Below are positions 37,539-50,345 of a stretch of 64,000 nt of DNA, one piece after another. Location of the stretch: contig JAUZTB010000066.1 in NCBI GenBank assembly GCA_034780895.1, forward strand, positions 19,487,413 to 19,551,412. The letters run 5' to 3'. Numbering within the stretch: the stretch's first letter is position 1; each line of letters starts with the position of its first letter. Below the pieces are notes generated by a model. That model had not been told where the DNA came from. It saw nothing but the letters and a program-made list of their open reading frames with translations, and did not search any database. This stretch comes from Rhynchobatus australiae (Eukaryota). The translations under genes were made by a program, and so were the position numbers.

Positions 37539-40500
37539 GTAGGTCTTTTTAGAACACAGATTTTTGTATTGAATTGATAATATTGCATATTATTTTCTCA
37601 ATTGAGTTAAGATGTAAACAATTGTGATCTTTTAGATCATATTCCAGTTNNNNNNNNNNNNNNNNNNNNNNNNNNNNNNNNNNNNNNNNNNNNNNNNNNN
37701 NNNNNNNNNNNNNNCCTTACTACGGTAGGATTTTCTTTGTAATGGCATTCCAATTAAAGTATGTATGTATATTAGCGTCAGCAAGCCATTAATGAAAAAG
37801 ATAACATTTCTGCAAAATATCATTTGATACATACACTTAGGTGTAACAAGCACAAGTGAAATTTGTTTAGTTAAAAATTATTGCCGAAATTCAAGGTTCA
37901 TATGAAATAATTTAGTTCAAGTCTCCTCACTTTGCTGTCATTTGTAGCAAAGATTGTTTATTTAATTTTATCCATTACTTAACAGATTTTATTTGCTACA
38001 CTGAAGGATAGGAAACACATTTGAACACTGCTTTTCAATCACAGGTCCATGAAAACCCAGTAACACTTACGGCTTTTTAATTGTTTAATGGGATGGAGTC
38101 CTTAAAATAAACTATTTAAAGTGGGTGAGGGGCGGATCTTTCTTGAGCACCTGCGTACTTCTATTTGCTTTTGATTTACTGCATCACAAATGAGGAGGCA
38201 TTTTTTACTGTCCATGGCAAAGTCTCATAGAAAGTTCTTATGAAAATCAAAAAAGCTGCACATGCTGGAAATCTTTGGGAAGAGAAACAGAGTTAATGTT
38301 TCAGATTGAAGACTCTTTGTTAGAAACCTCCATGGAAGTTGAAGGTTGTATAATAATTTTCACAAAATTTACTTTGGAACCTAACTCTTTTGTTAACCAC
38401 TGTACTCTGAATACCCTTCAAGAGTTGTGCCAGGCTAATCAATCAAGAGGGGATTCAAAAGGGTAGAGGAGGGATGGTAATTAATTTTCTGTGGATTAGT
38501 CATCTTTGCCACCCAAACTCTATTGTTCTCATTGAGGAAGGTTAGGTAATAATGAACTTTTGAGTAATAGTATCTAGTATTTTAACATCTACTTCAGCTA
38601 CAAAATATACCCTTGGATTTAGCACCTCAAATATTAAGCAATGTGTTGAATGAACTGATGGCAGGTGGAGGAATTTGGAACAAATTGAGTTATTTGTATG
38701 ATCAGTGGCACTGTACTACTTAAATCAACAAAAGCTTGGATCTACATTTTAAAAAAAATAATAGTGGGTCTTAATATGGTCACATGGCAAATGTGAAAGG
38801 CTCAGCTGCTGCATCTGATGGTTACGGTCATGTTATAATGTGATTTTTAGTTTCACAGTCATTATACAATTCAGTGAGAGACTCAATAAGCCAGTTATAT
38901 TAAAGCTGCTCAGTGAAATTATTTGTTTTCATAAATAATGCATTTTTGCTATGAATAAATAAGCCATATAAGACTTGTTAAAAGCCAGACTTGTAGGTGC
39001 AAAGCATTCAGTTGAAATAGTATTGGGTTTTGTGTTCAAATTTCCCTTTTTCAGCATCAATTATCTGTGAACATTTTCATGCAGAAATTGTATTATGTTT
39101 GTTTTGTGAAATGTTTCAATGCTCAGCAAGGCAAATGGTCTATTATATGTCTATGAATAGAACAGAGAGAGTTTCTTTTTCAAAAAAAAATACACAAAGA
39201 CAACAGTTTGTGGAACGGATTTTATTTTCAGAAAACTTTGCTTTTAAATTTTATTGTACTCTTTCTTAAATGTATAGGTAGTAAAATCTTGGGTCATTGA
39301 GAGATGACAGCATTGTCATTGTATCAAAAGTCCTTATTTCTGCACCTGGGGTTCTACCATATTTGCTAATTTGTCCAAAATGATTTTTTAATTAGCTGCA
39401 CGTACAGTCACTCCATTAATTATCAAAATAAAGTGGCAAGATTCATCAATAAGCCTTGAGCTTGAGTGTCATTCACTATAGGTTTATTTTCAATATACAA
39501 TCATTAAGGACAGTACAGGTCTCCAAACAGCAGATAAACAATCATTGTAGTCATTACATCAGACCCATTCCCTTTGATCATCACATCAAAGCCTGCATTG
39601 GCACTTGGGTGATGCTAATGACCATAGCTGTTTTTGAAATATTCCCAATGTAGATGTCTTAAAATTTTAGAAGAGCCACAGATATCATGAACTTAACAGG
39701 GTTTTGGTTAGTTCTTTATCGACTGAGTTTGTAGATGGTGCAAAATGAAGGATAAATATTAATGGCCTAAGTAAGTTTATTTGCACCCACATGCCATGAA
39801 TTCCATTCTCTTTCAGGAATGAAATTTTAATTGGATTTGTTTTTAAGCATTCAGCACTGTTGTGACAGCTAATGAAGCATGTGGTCCCTTAATGGTAAAG
39901 GATGTCATACAAGGAGTAACATTTGATAAGGTTTTAAATCTGGCCCCTTAAATCTTCTGTGTTATTTAATTTGTAGTTGATTTTAAAAGCTGAGAGGGTA
40001 AAGACAGCAATTTTTTCTGCTCTCTTAATATTTAAGTGGGGCAATAGATGCTGTGCTCTATAAGTACTACGCACAGAGCTTCCTTGGCAGGAGAATTCTA
40101 TTTGTATAAAAGTTATGGGAAGATTCAGCAACTCGGGCAGTGTCTATGGAAGTGACATTCTGTCAGATGCAACAACAGGAACTGATTATTAACTTGATAA
40201 CAAAATCCAAAGGCACTTCACAGAAGCATATTCAAACAAAATATTAATCCCAAGCCATATATGGAGATACAAAGACAGATAATGAACAGTTTGATTATTG
40301 AGGTAGACGTTAAGTAACATTTTAGAGGAAAGGGAGAGAATTTCCCTTCCCTCAAGCTTTCTTTCATAGTTTTAGGGAGAGAATTCCAAAATGTAGTTTT
40401 GACAACTGAATAAAAATCTACCATTGGTAGAGCAATTACATTCAGGAATTTTTAAGGCCAGAATTGAAGGAATGCAGGCATTTTGAAGAATGATAGGGAT

Positions 40501-41039
40501 GGAGAATATTGCAGGGAAACAGAAGACTAAATTATGAAAGAACTTGCAAACATATGAGCATTTCAAAATCAAGGCTTAAGCTAACAGGAAATCTATTTAG
40601 GTTACCAAGCATGGAGTGACATGTGACCAGGACTTGGTACATAGCAGAATTTTAGAATGACCTCAACTTTGAAGAGCAAGGTGGGAGAGTCAGGAGTGCA
40701 TTGGAAAAGCTATATCTAGAGTAACAATGGCATTGGTTGAAATTGGGTCATGCTCTTTAAGAGGGATGCGCAGAAAAATTATAGCAAAATGTAATTAAAA
40801 AAAAATGACCTCACTGTGGCATTGTAACAAAATTTTTCCTAATTTTCATTTCTTAATATTTTCCCCTTTAGTAAAATAAAAGAATTGAAACTTTATTATA
40901 ATTAACTGTTAATTATAATTAAAACTTTATTATAATTAAAAATCCAAAGTTGTCAAAATAAGTTCCTTTAAAAGAATGAAGTGTGCTTATTGCAAAAGTC
41001 GAGGCTTATTATCATCCACTTTTATCCATTTGTTTGCAT

Positions 41040-41120
41040 CTGCCCCAGCACATTCTCAGTACGGCAAAAAGACGCATTTCACCATGTATTCCAATGTACA
41101 TGTGACTAATAAATATCTAA
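41040..41120 (+). mobile_element. SINE 3' tail fragment (family of 4500-4629)
   Basis: ctgccccagcaca...caaaaagacgcatttcac...atgtacatgtgactaataaatatct. Confidence 0.7.
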
Positions 41121-41221
41121 TATGATTTTAAAAAGCTAAGAATCAAGACCTGGGAATTTACATTTTTTTAAACCTAATATATTCTATGATTATCTTAATT
41201 TTTTTTAAAATTCGTTGACAG

Positions 41222-41305
41222 ATGGGACACTTAACACTAGAAGATTATCAGATATGGGGTGTAAAAAGTGCTCTGGCCAGTGAATTTCTTAATCTCCTGT
41301 TTCAG
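41222..41305 (+). CDS. USP32: USP32 exon 10 (84 nt)
   Basis: tgacag|ATG...CAG|gttagt; MGHLTLEDYQIWGVKSALASEFLNLLFQ. Confidence 0.96.
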
Positions 41306-43494
41306 GTTAGTGTTAATGTTATCCAGTATGCAATAATCAATGCCTTGTTTATCTTTCAGGTGTGCTTGAATAGCTTTTTCCTCTTGTTCTACTTGTATTA
41401 GGTGGTCAATGTATTGTCCATTGTTGTACTGAATCAAACAATTATGTTTAGGACTGAGCTTGTATAAACTCTTTCTCTACAGAAAATAATTAAACAGGTG
41501 TGTATTTAAGTTTTCTTTTTGTTTCAGAGCATTAAAACTACAGATTTGATCCCTGGTCTATACTGAGATTGTTGCTCTGTTCCTAGCTAATATTGAGAGT
41601 GAAAAAAGTTGTCCTTTAATTGGAGTAAAGTGTATTTTGAGTTTCTGTACCTGATTGCTAAGCACTGAGATTTTGTGGAAGATGTGAAAGTAGAATTGAG
41701 GAATATCAGATCACCCGTTATCCTACTGAATGGCAGAGCAGGCTTGAGAGGCTGAATGGCTGACTTCCTGCTATTTATGATGACATGGACATGTAGACCA
41801 CACAGATAATGAATGACCTAATGGATGAAGTAGTAAAGAATACTCTACACCTGATTTGCCTTAAGTACTCCACTTCCCACCCACCTATCTTCTGATGAAC
41901 AACATCTTCCAGAGATGAAGAATGAAATGTGATTTATTTCCTTTTAAATCCATAGAATATTTAGTTCAGTATTGTCCAATAAGTTAACCACTGACCACAT
42001 GTGGCTTGTTGGAAAACCACTTACAGCTAATTATTATAATTTTTGATCAAATTAAAAAAAAATTAAATTGGGGCCCAGTTGTTCAGTGCATGATTTCAAT
42101 TAACTCTTCTAATGTTTTCTGAAAGCTGTATTAAAATAACTAACATAACTTCTTGTTAGAATTTCAAACTTCGTGATAGAGACAGCTGCAGTTTCCCATT
42201 AAATACTGGTAGATGTTTGTCCTGTAAATAAGCCCAGGAAGTGCATTGTGTGAAAGGATTTTTTGTCTTAAGTTATTGACGTTATGCTATCAGCATTGTC
42301 ACAATGGTGCCAATGGCTAACCAGCATTTTTTTCCCTTCTCTTAAGAAAAACTGCACAATATTCATAATAATCAATGGTTACCTCTTAAATTCTGTGATT
42401 GATTAAACCACTTAACAATGTCTTAGATGTGTGGGGGGAAAATATGTGGATTTTTGAGAGCTAATATCCTTGTACTGATTGGTCAAACTCCAGAAACTAC
42501 AAGGTCTGCACATCTGACATTCGATGTCTAGTGCATGTGTAATGTTTCATACTTTTTCAATTTATTTAAACATAAGCATTAAAAGCTAACCAAAAAAGAC
42601 TGACAAATAAATATAAAATTTTGCTTGTTCAGATTCAATGCTTGAAGTAGTATTCTGACAAGATTATCAATTTGGTGTATATATGGATGGTGCAAGTTAG
42701 AGTCAAGATGGTAATTTCCCCATAAAACTTATGGTAGTAAGGAATTGTTTGGAGTTTTTTTTCCCAAAAACAATTGAAACAACAAATGTGTTCTAAAACA
42801 ATTAGGTTGCTAAGAAAAAATTTCAATTAATCTGTACTGATGTTAATTAATGTAAAATTCTGCAGCCTCTGCTACACCTTTGTAAATCTGTTTTAGAATC
42901 TGTTTAGGACAATCTCTTGTCCTATTGCATTCCTCATATAATATGACATAAACTGTGTACAGTACTCCAGCTGTGGCTTAATGCAATAAATAATTCCAGC
43001 ATGGCCTCCTTGCACCCATTTTCTTTGCTTTGGCCAAGTAAAATTGAGTATCTCATAAGCCACCTGAGTGATGTTTACTTGTTCTGCTGTCATCAAGGAT
43101 TGTGGAAAAGCACTCCAAAACCCTGTTGTTCCCTATTCGGGTCCTATTCAGTAATGAATGCCTGACTGTGTGTACAGCCCATACAGACAAATAAGGGTTC
43201 GAGAGACCAGTTATCAATAGTTCACAGGAACAGAACCCTGCCTTAAATTGGATGTCCTTATTGCTTGTTCTGTGGAGTAGTCTGANNNNNNNNNNNNNNN
43301 NNNNNNNNNNNNNNNNNNNNNNNNNNNNNNNNNNNNNNNNNNNNNNNNNNNNNNNNNNNNNNNNNNNNNNNNNNNNNNNNNNNNNTGCTTGTTCTGTGGA
43401 GTAGTCTGAGCTGCAGAGAATTCAATTATCTCCCAAAGAAAGCATGCTGTTTCTCATGATAATTGTGTTTTTTTTTCTTTATTTCCATCTGCAG

Positions 43495-43556
43495 ATATGT
43501 CACATAGTTCTTGGTCTAAGACCAGCAACACCAGAAGAAGAAGGACAAATTATCAG
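43495..43556 (+). CDS. USP32: USP32 exon 11 (62 nt), start of DUSP domain
   Basis: ctgcag|ATA...ATC AG|gtgcat; ICHIVLGLRPATPEEEGQII. Confidence 0.96.
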
Positions 43557-45183
43557 GTGCATAAATTTTGCAGTAGCAACTGCTTGTTCTTTAAACTTAA
43601 TAAAAATGCCAAATTACTGCCATATTCAAGGAGGTTATTGACTGAAAATAAGTTGGTTTCTATAGAGCATTTAAACAGTTGCATGGAGCATCTTAACTAA
43701 ATGAATCCCATTCACTCTTAAAACCGTCTAAGCTTAAGGATCGGGCAAAAAATACAGAGCTAAAAAGATGGAAAAAAAATATTTTGTCAAGTTCCTCCCT
43801 GACACTTGTTCATTGAGTGAAGTGTGCATTATCTATACAGTCACATGCCTTCTATATGGCGTGATCTCTGCTCCAGTTAAGAACTGGTCTGACTCTTTTT
43901 GAAGATATTCAGATAGTCAGCATCTGGCAATACATTCCAGTGTATAATTAGTCTATATGAGAAGAACAACCATGTAATATTCAGTTCCCACTCTGGGATT
44001 TCATATAAAAATTTAAATTCATGTCTATTGTACATCTCAAAACTGTTAAATTGCAGTAATATATCAATAAGTACAATCCTTTCATTATTTTATAGACCTC
44101 CACCAGTTCACTTGTATGCAAGTCTTTATTGCTCCAAAGTAAATAGATTCAAATCCTAAACTTATTTGATAGTTTTATTCTTTTAGCAAATGTTCTCAGT
44201 AGTTCTCATCTGGATGAATTTCAAAGTAACTCATTATATTGCACACCAAGTGAGTGAACCAAAATTCCAGACTTCTCTCNNNNNNNNNNNNNNNNNNNNN
44301 NNNNNNNNNNNNNNNNNNNNNNNNNNNNNNNNNNNNNNNNNNNNNNNNNNNNNNNNNNNNNNNNNNNNNNNNNNNNNNNNNNNNNNNNNNNNNNNNNNNN
44401 NNNNNNNNNNNNNNNNNNNNNNNNNNNNNNNNNNNNNNNNNNNNNNNNNNNNNNNNNNNNNNNNNNNNNNNNNNNNNNNNNNNNNNNNNNNNNNNNNNNN
44501 NNNNNNNNNNNNNNNNNNNNNNNNNNNNNNNNNNNNNNNNNNNNNNNNNNNNNNNNNNNNNNNNNNNNNNNNNNNNNNNNNNNNNNNNNNNNNNNNNNNN
44601 NNNNNNNNNNNNNNNNNNNNNNNNNNNNNNNNNNNNNNNNNNNNNNNNNNNNNNNNNNNNNNNNNNNNNGTATTCTCTGTTCACCTATTGCCAGTGCTTG
44701 ATGTTACAATAAAACAGAAAACCTCAGGTGCCCAGCGATGAGTGTTATCAGTATTTTCTGTTTAATTTCAGAGCTTCAGTCAATTCATTGCTTTTGGATG
44801 CATTTTACCTAATTCAAATGTTAATGATAATTTGTGTCTAATTCACCCAGTGTATCTCAATCTCTTTTGGATTTAATTAGTCTCTTCCATTGGCCAGGTC
44901 ATTAACGAAGACTGAACATTTGTTAATTACCAACTGATCCCTGAGTAGATGGTTCTCTTCAGGCCAATCCAGATTCATTTATTACAACTCTTTGAGATTA
45001 ATGTATCAATTAGTAATCATATCCTTGAAATTATATTGTGCATTATTACTTACCGGAGTCTTTATCGGGCCATTAATGGTATTATTAAAATAGTATCCAC
45101 AGTCATTTTCTCCAAACTAGTTTTGGGAATCCTTGCTGATATTTGTGTCCCTTTACTAATTTATCTGAATTTCTTTTCTTTAG

Positions 45184-45286
45184 TGGATGGCTGGAAAGAG
45201 AAAACAGACATGGCCTACAACCTGGACATAATTGGTTTTTGATTTCAGTGCAATGGTGGCAGCAGTGGAAGGAATATGTGAAATAT
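45184..45286 (+). CDS. USP32: USP32 exon 12 (103 nt), DUSP domain
   Basis: ctttag|T GGA...TAT|gtgagt; (S)GWLERENRHGLQPGHNWFLISVQWWQQWKEYVKY. Confidence 0.96.
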
Positions 45287-46949
45287 GTGAGTAATTAGCA
45301 AACTCTAATGTTTTCTGGTAATTCAAAGTTGTGAACACAGCAGATGCAATGCTTTGTTGACTGCAAAGCAGTATATTTTTAAAGGCAGGCAAGCTTGCCA
45401 ATTATTTTATATGGAGTTTTAAACTTAAAAACAACTATTGATCCCTCATGAATCCAAGGAATTTATTTGCAGTGCTGTTTATGTGCTTCTGATGGAAAGC
45501 AAATGAGCAGTCACCTTCAGCTGGATTTGTAACTGAAGATCACAAATGCAGTCCACACGATGAGCTACTTCTGTGTGATACCATCATTGATGGACATTTT
45601 CAAATACTTGTTGGTCAGCAGCCTTAACTAAGCAGCAGTAATTGTGGACTTTTAGGATCTTTAGGCTTTTTGGTGAACTTCATCACAGCAGCTAAACATA
45701 GTATTAGACACAATTATGTAACAATCCTGTCCCNNNNNNNNNNNNNNNNNNNNNNNNNNNNNNNNNNNNNNNNNNNNNNNNNNNNNNNNNNNNNNNNNNN
45801 NNNNNNNNNNNNNNNNNNNNNNNNNNNNNNNNNCCATTGTTTGATTTGCTGTGAAGAGAACAAGCAAAAACATGAAGAAATTTGGGTGCTTTCATTCTTA
45901 CTAGGAAGATAACTGGTGCACCATCTAACCCTGCTTTTAAATTCTACTGTATTGCACAACCTTAGAAATATTTTTTTTCTTTTGTGTTGAACAACTTTTA
46001 ATTAAATGAAAGCCTTCTCCAATTTTCATTTTGTTAATATCTTCAAGAATGTTAAATTTCTACCAAAATATAAAAAGAAAAATGAACACTTGTGTTTGAA
46101 GTGCGGTAGAAAATTCATCCACATGAAGTTTATTGTTAATTTTAAATCTTAAACCAACAGATTTTTGTTAACCAAAAAGATATTTAAAAATAGAGGCTGG
46201 TGAATTGTTTAGAGTCTCGCATAGATCAGCTATGCTGTCAGAAAATGTTGGAAAAGGCTTGAGGTGTTGAATGTGACTTTAACTGAGGAACATGGAAATG
46301 GGATACAGTTGCAGTTTGTATAAAGAAGCATTTTCCCTTTATAAACACATCGCAAGTTCAAGCTTGTAACCTTTGGTGTCAGTTGTGGTCTTCTCTCTAC
46401 TTCAAAATAAATATCATACTGTTAATTATTTTGTTCAAACTATTTAGAAAAACATGTCACATTGAGATGATTACTCAGAAAAGAAGCATAACCAGGGAAC
46501 ATCTGGTGCAATATATCTGTTCTACAAAAGACAGCCTGTTCCAAAAGTAAAGCTGCTAGTTTTTTTTAAGCCTTTATTTAAATCTTTTCACTGAGCGTCT
46601 GNNNNNNNNNNNNAAACTTTATGGAGCTACCTTTTGTAATTTCAGTATGGAAATAACTAATCAAAGTGGGGAAGTCTTTTTAGGGAATCAATAAGCTCTT
46701 ATTAATTTCTGGGACTTCTAAAATTCTTATTCCATTAGCAAAATAACATCAAGGATCAGCAAGTATCCTGAAGATAAATTTAACGGATTTGTCATTGCCA
46801 TTGGGACCACAGATTATTTTTCTTGTTGCTTCACCTATTGGAGATGAAGAATTTTACAAGCTAAAGCAATGAGCATTTTTTTAATGTTTTATTTTTTGCT
46901 ATTTTGAAAATATTCAGTTACATTGTAGAGAGCTACTTTCATGTTCATC

Positions 46950-47545
46950 CTGAGCTTCTAGTCTCATGCCATTTCAACTCCCCATTCCCACACCAACCTC
47001 TGTCCTTTCCCTTCTCCACAACCAAATGCAAACTTAATGAATAACACCTTGTATTCCATTTGGTTAGCCTAGAACCCAATGGTATGAACATCTTAAATTT
47101 TTCAATTTCAGGTAACCCACAACCTCAGTGTTACTTTCCAACTCCTACTGATCCACTTAGGTTCACATTTTTGACTCCCCTCCTTTTTCCCCCTCCCCTC
47201 CCCCTTCCCAATACCTAGATTAGTTACCCTCCCTCATCTGGTTCCATCAATCACACACCTTTCCACCTAGGCTGCTTCTCCCTTGGCCTACCATTCCTAT
47301 CCCCACCTGGTTCTACTTGTCCATCATCCCTCCCTTATTTGGTTCCACTTATCACCACCAAGCCTCTGTCTCAACCCTCCCTCTTTCTTCTACATACTGG
47401 CTATTTTCCCTCTACACACTCAATCCTGATGCAGGTTCCTGACCTGCCTCCAGAGATTCTGCTTGACCCATTGACTTCTTCCAGTAATTTGTTTCTTTTG
47501 CTCCAGATTCCAGCATCCGCGGTCTCTTGTCTTCATGTTCTATGA
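46950..47545 (+). mobile_element. Penelope-like element 3' region (GIY-YIG end, pyrimidine-rich tract, pLTR)
   Basis: HLVFHLVSLEPNGMNI near 47045-47095; cctgatgcagg...gctccagattccagcatc end. Confidence 0.7.
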
Positions 47546-48929
47546 TGTAGTGTAGAAGTAACTAATGTCCAAATAATTGAAATGGTCAAAGTGATCCATT
47601 TCAGTCACAATTTATCAGGTTAGTACTAAGTTCATATTATTTAAAGGGCCACAAAAAAGATAATTACACCAAGATATCCCTTTTTGAGATGCGATGCAAT
47701 GTGGTTGTGATGTGTTTTGGTTTGGTGTTTTCCCCTACGCTGTTCAGCCAGAACGATGGATTGAGAAAATGTTTCAAGTACCTTTTTATGATTTTATCCA
47801 ATGAGNNNNNNNNNNNNNNNNNNNNNNNNNNNNNNNNNNNNNNNNNNNNNNNNNNNNNNNNNNNNNNNNNNNNNNNNNNNNNNNNNNNNNNNNNNNNNNN
47901 NNNNNNNNNNNNNNNNNNNNNNNNNNNNNNNNNNNNNNNNNNNNNNNNNNNNNNNNNNNNNNNNNNNNNNNNNNNNNNNNNNNNNNNNNNNNNNNNNNNN
48001 NNNNNNNNNNNNNNNNNNNNNNNNNNNNNNNNNNNNNNNNNNNNNNNNNNNNNNNNNNNNNNNNNNNNNNNNNNNNNNNNNNNNNNNNNNNNNNNNNNNN
48101 NNNNNNNNNNNNNNNNNNNNNNNNNNNNNNNNNNNNNNNNNNNNNNNNNNNNNNNNNNNNNNNNNNNNNNNNNNCTATAATTGGCACTCAATGCAGCCTT
48201 CAAAAATACATGCCATTCTATTTTTATGTCTTTATGTTTCTACTTTGTTAATCAAATTAATTGATATTTAATAAGCAATCAAAACTGCCAATTTATGGAA
48301 TCTTGTCAGTTTTGAGTAATTGCTGGTACATGAGAAGAATAAAAGAAAATAATTCTAGTTTCATTACAGCTTACCTGGCACAATGGCAATCTGTTTGTGC
48401 TGCAAGTTGAGAACAAAATCTAGGTTGGTGCCCAGATATTCTGAACCCTGAAACTCCTGTATAATTTATTTTTAGGTTTCCAGCATCTGCCCTTTTTTGA
48501 TTTTCAAAAAACAAATGCTGGAAATCTTTTTCAAAAAAAAACAAATGTGTTGGAAGTACTCAGTAGGTCAGGTTTCAACTGTGGGAAGAGAAACAGTTAA
48601 CGTTCCACATCAAAAACCCTTTGTCAGAATCCAGCATTTTCTGTTTTTATTCGTAGAAACTGATTAGCAAGGTACAGAAAAATCTTAGGTTAATCACCTT
48701 AATCCATCCTTGAGGTAGTCTACTCAAAAAGTGGGCTTGTAATGGCAAATCCTTTGGCATCCTTATAGGTGACTAACTTCAGGTTCCAAAATCTGCGTGT
48801 GGGCCAAAAAGAATATGGAGTTCATGGTGATTTGTGCAAAAGTTGGTACTGACTGAAAATGCATTGATTAGCTTTGAGATTTTGATAAATGTGATGTCAC
48901 CTTTTCAGTTTTTTATGCTTTTATTATAG

Positions 48930-49113
48930 GAAACAAAACCTGTCATAATAGAACCCTCTTCAATAATGAATTTAGTAAAAAGCCAAAACCAATTGCATGT
49001 TGTGGATCAGAGTGAAGACAAACCTGGAATGCAGAATTCATTTACTTCTACAGATGAAAAATATTTTGACAACATTTCAATTGCATCTGAAGCATCTGAG
49101 AGCACTGGCACTG
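48930..49113 (+). CDS. USP32: USP32 exon 13 (184 nt), variable insert within DUSP
   Basis: ttatag|GAA...ACT G|gtaact; ETKPVIIEPSSIMNLVKSQNQLHVVDQSEDKPGMQNSFTSTDEKYFDNISIASEASESTGT. Confidence 0.92.
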
Positions 49114-50169
49114 GTAACTTTGGTTTTAAGTTTGTGCAAAATGTTAATTGAAAGATCAACATTTAACTTGTTTAAGGCACACATCATTACTGAAGTCAGA
49201 AATTGCCTTTCAGTACAAAACCTTTATAATAAATTCCCTAAATTGAACATGGGGTTACATAGGCCTTGCTGACCATGGTAGAGGATTTGAAAGACTGCTG
49301 GGAAATAAGGTACCAATGGCACTGTTGTGGCAGAAAGTGAAAGATCTTGAGAGAACAATACTTTGAGGATTTATGGATAAATGAGAACTGGAAATTAAGT
49401 ATCCTCAAAAAAGGGAAGGTAGTTATTTGTGAATTCAGATAGATATCTAAGAAATGTAAGGATTTGAAATTAGCTCTCTATTCATTTGATATCAAGTCAG
49501 CCTGTCTATATTTGGGAAAAGCAGAAGTGCCAAGAAAAACTGCATCTAGTGCTTCCAAGGCTTAAGACATCCTGTATGACAAGCAACAGGACTGGAGTGT
49601 GGATAATAGTATTTACGAACCAGTTGTATTCACTATCTCTTGAAGAGCCAGGATTGCGGGATAATCCTGGTTAAAAGAAAATGACATTTATCTTGTCATT
49701 CACATTTAAAATAAGGTTATATCCAGAGCAGCATTTTACTCTTTGCTCACATGCATTGATTGGGTAAATGAGTAAACCTGAAGCAAAACTGCTCTTACCC
49801 TTTACTGTTTTAACTTTAATAAGCATGGAATTTAAAGCTTCTCATGTCAGCATACAAATATGTAGAACAAGAGAAAACACTAGGCACAGAACCAATAAAA
49901 TCAAATCTGCATGCTACATTGGACACCTTCGCCTTTTGTCGAAAGAAACGAAAACTTGTAGGCCTCTGGCAAGTAACGTATATTGTGAACTGTTGTTCCA
50001 TCATGGAGTTCATTTGTCAGCCATCCAATTTAATTAGGTTGTTGTTACTACATTTGAGGATTTTACTAGAGATCAAGAAAGCCAAATGATTACTTTTTGT
50101 ATGGGTGTATGTTCAAAAACAGATTAAAATCTGAAAATAATTTAAGAATATTTTCTTTTATTTTTTCAG

Positions 50170-50345
50170 GCTTGTATCAGTCTAGTCCAGCTGGTACTGA
50201 TGTTTGCTTTCCTAGACAGTACAACAGTTTGGACAACAATGGTCAATGCTTCTTGGGTGCCAACGGGAACATTTTAGGACAACTTGGTCTACAGAAACCA
50301 GGAGCTATTGATAATTTATCACTTGTAATGCAAGGGTCTGTAAAG
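50170..50345 (+). CDS. USP32: USP32 exon 14 (176 nt)
   Basis: tttcag|GC...AAG|gtatgg; (G)LYQSSPAGTDVCFPRQYNSLDNNGQCFLGANGNILGQLGLQKPGAIDNLSLVMQGSVK; contains the DUSP PGxIDN motif. Confidence 0.95.

Noticed and set aside
43555-45184. Exon 11/12 junction codon AG|T gives Ser where I recall Arg in human
   Set aside because: Frame is intact; an ordinary substitution, not evidence of editing or mis-splicing
47165-47400. C-rich tract (possible G-quadruplex on the minus strand)
   Set aside because: Explained as the pyrimidine-rich 3' region of the Penelope remnant
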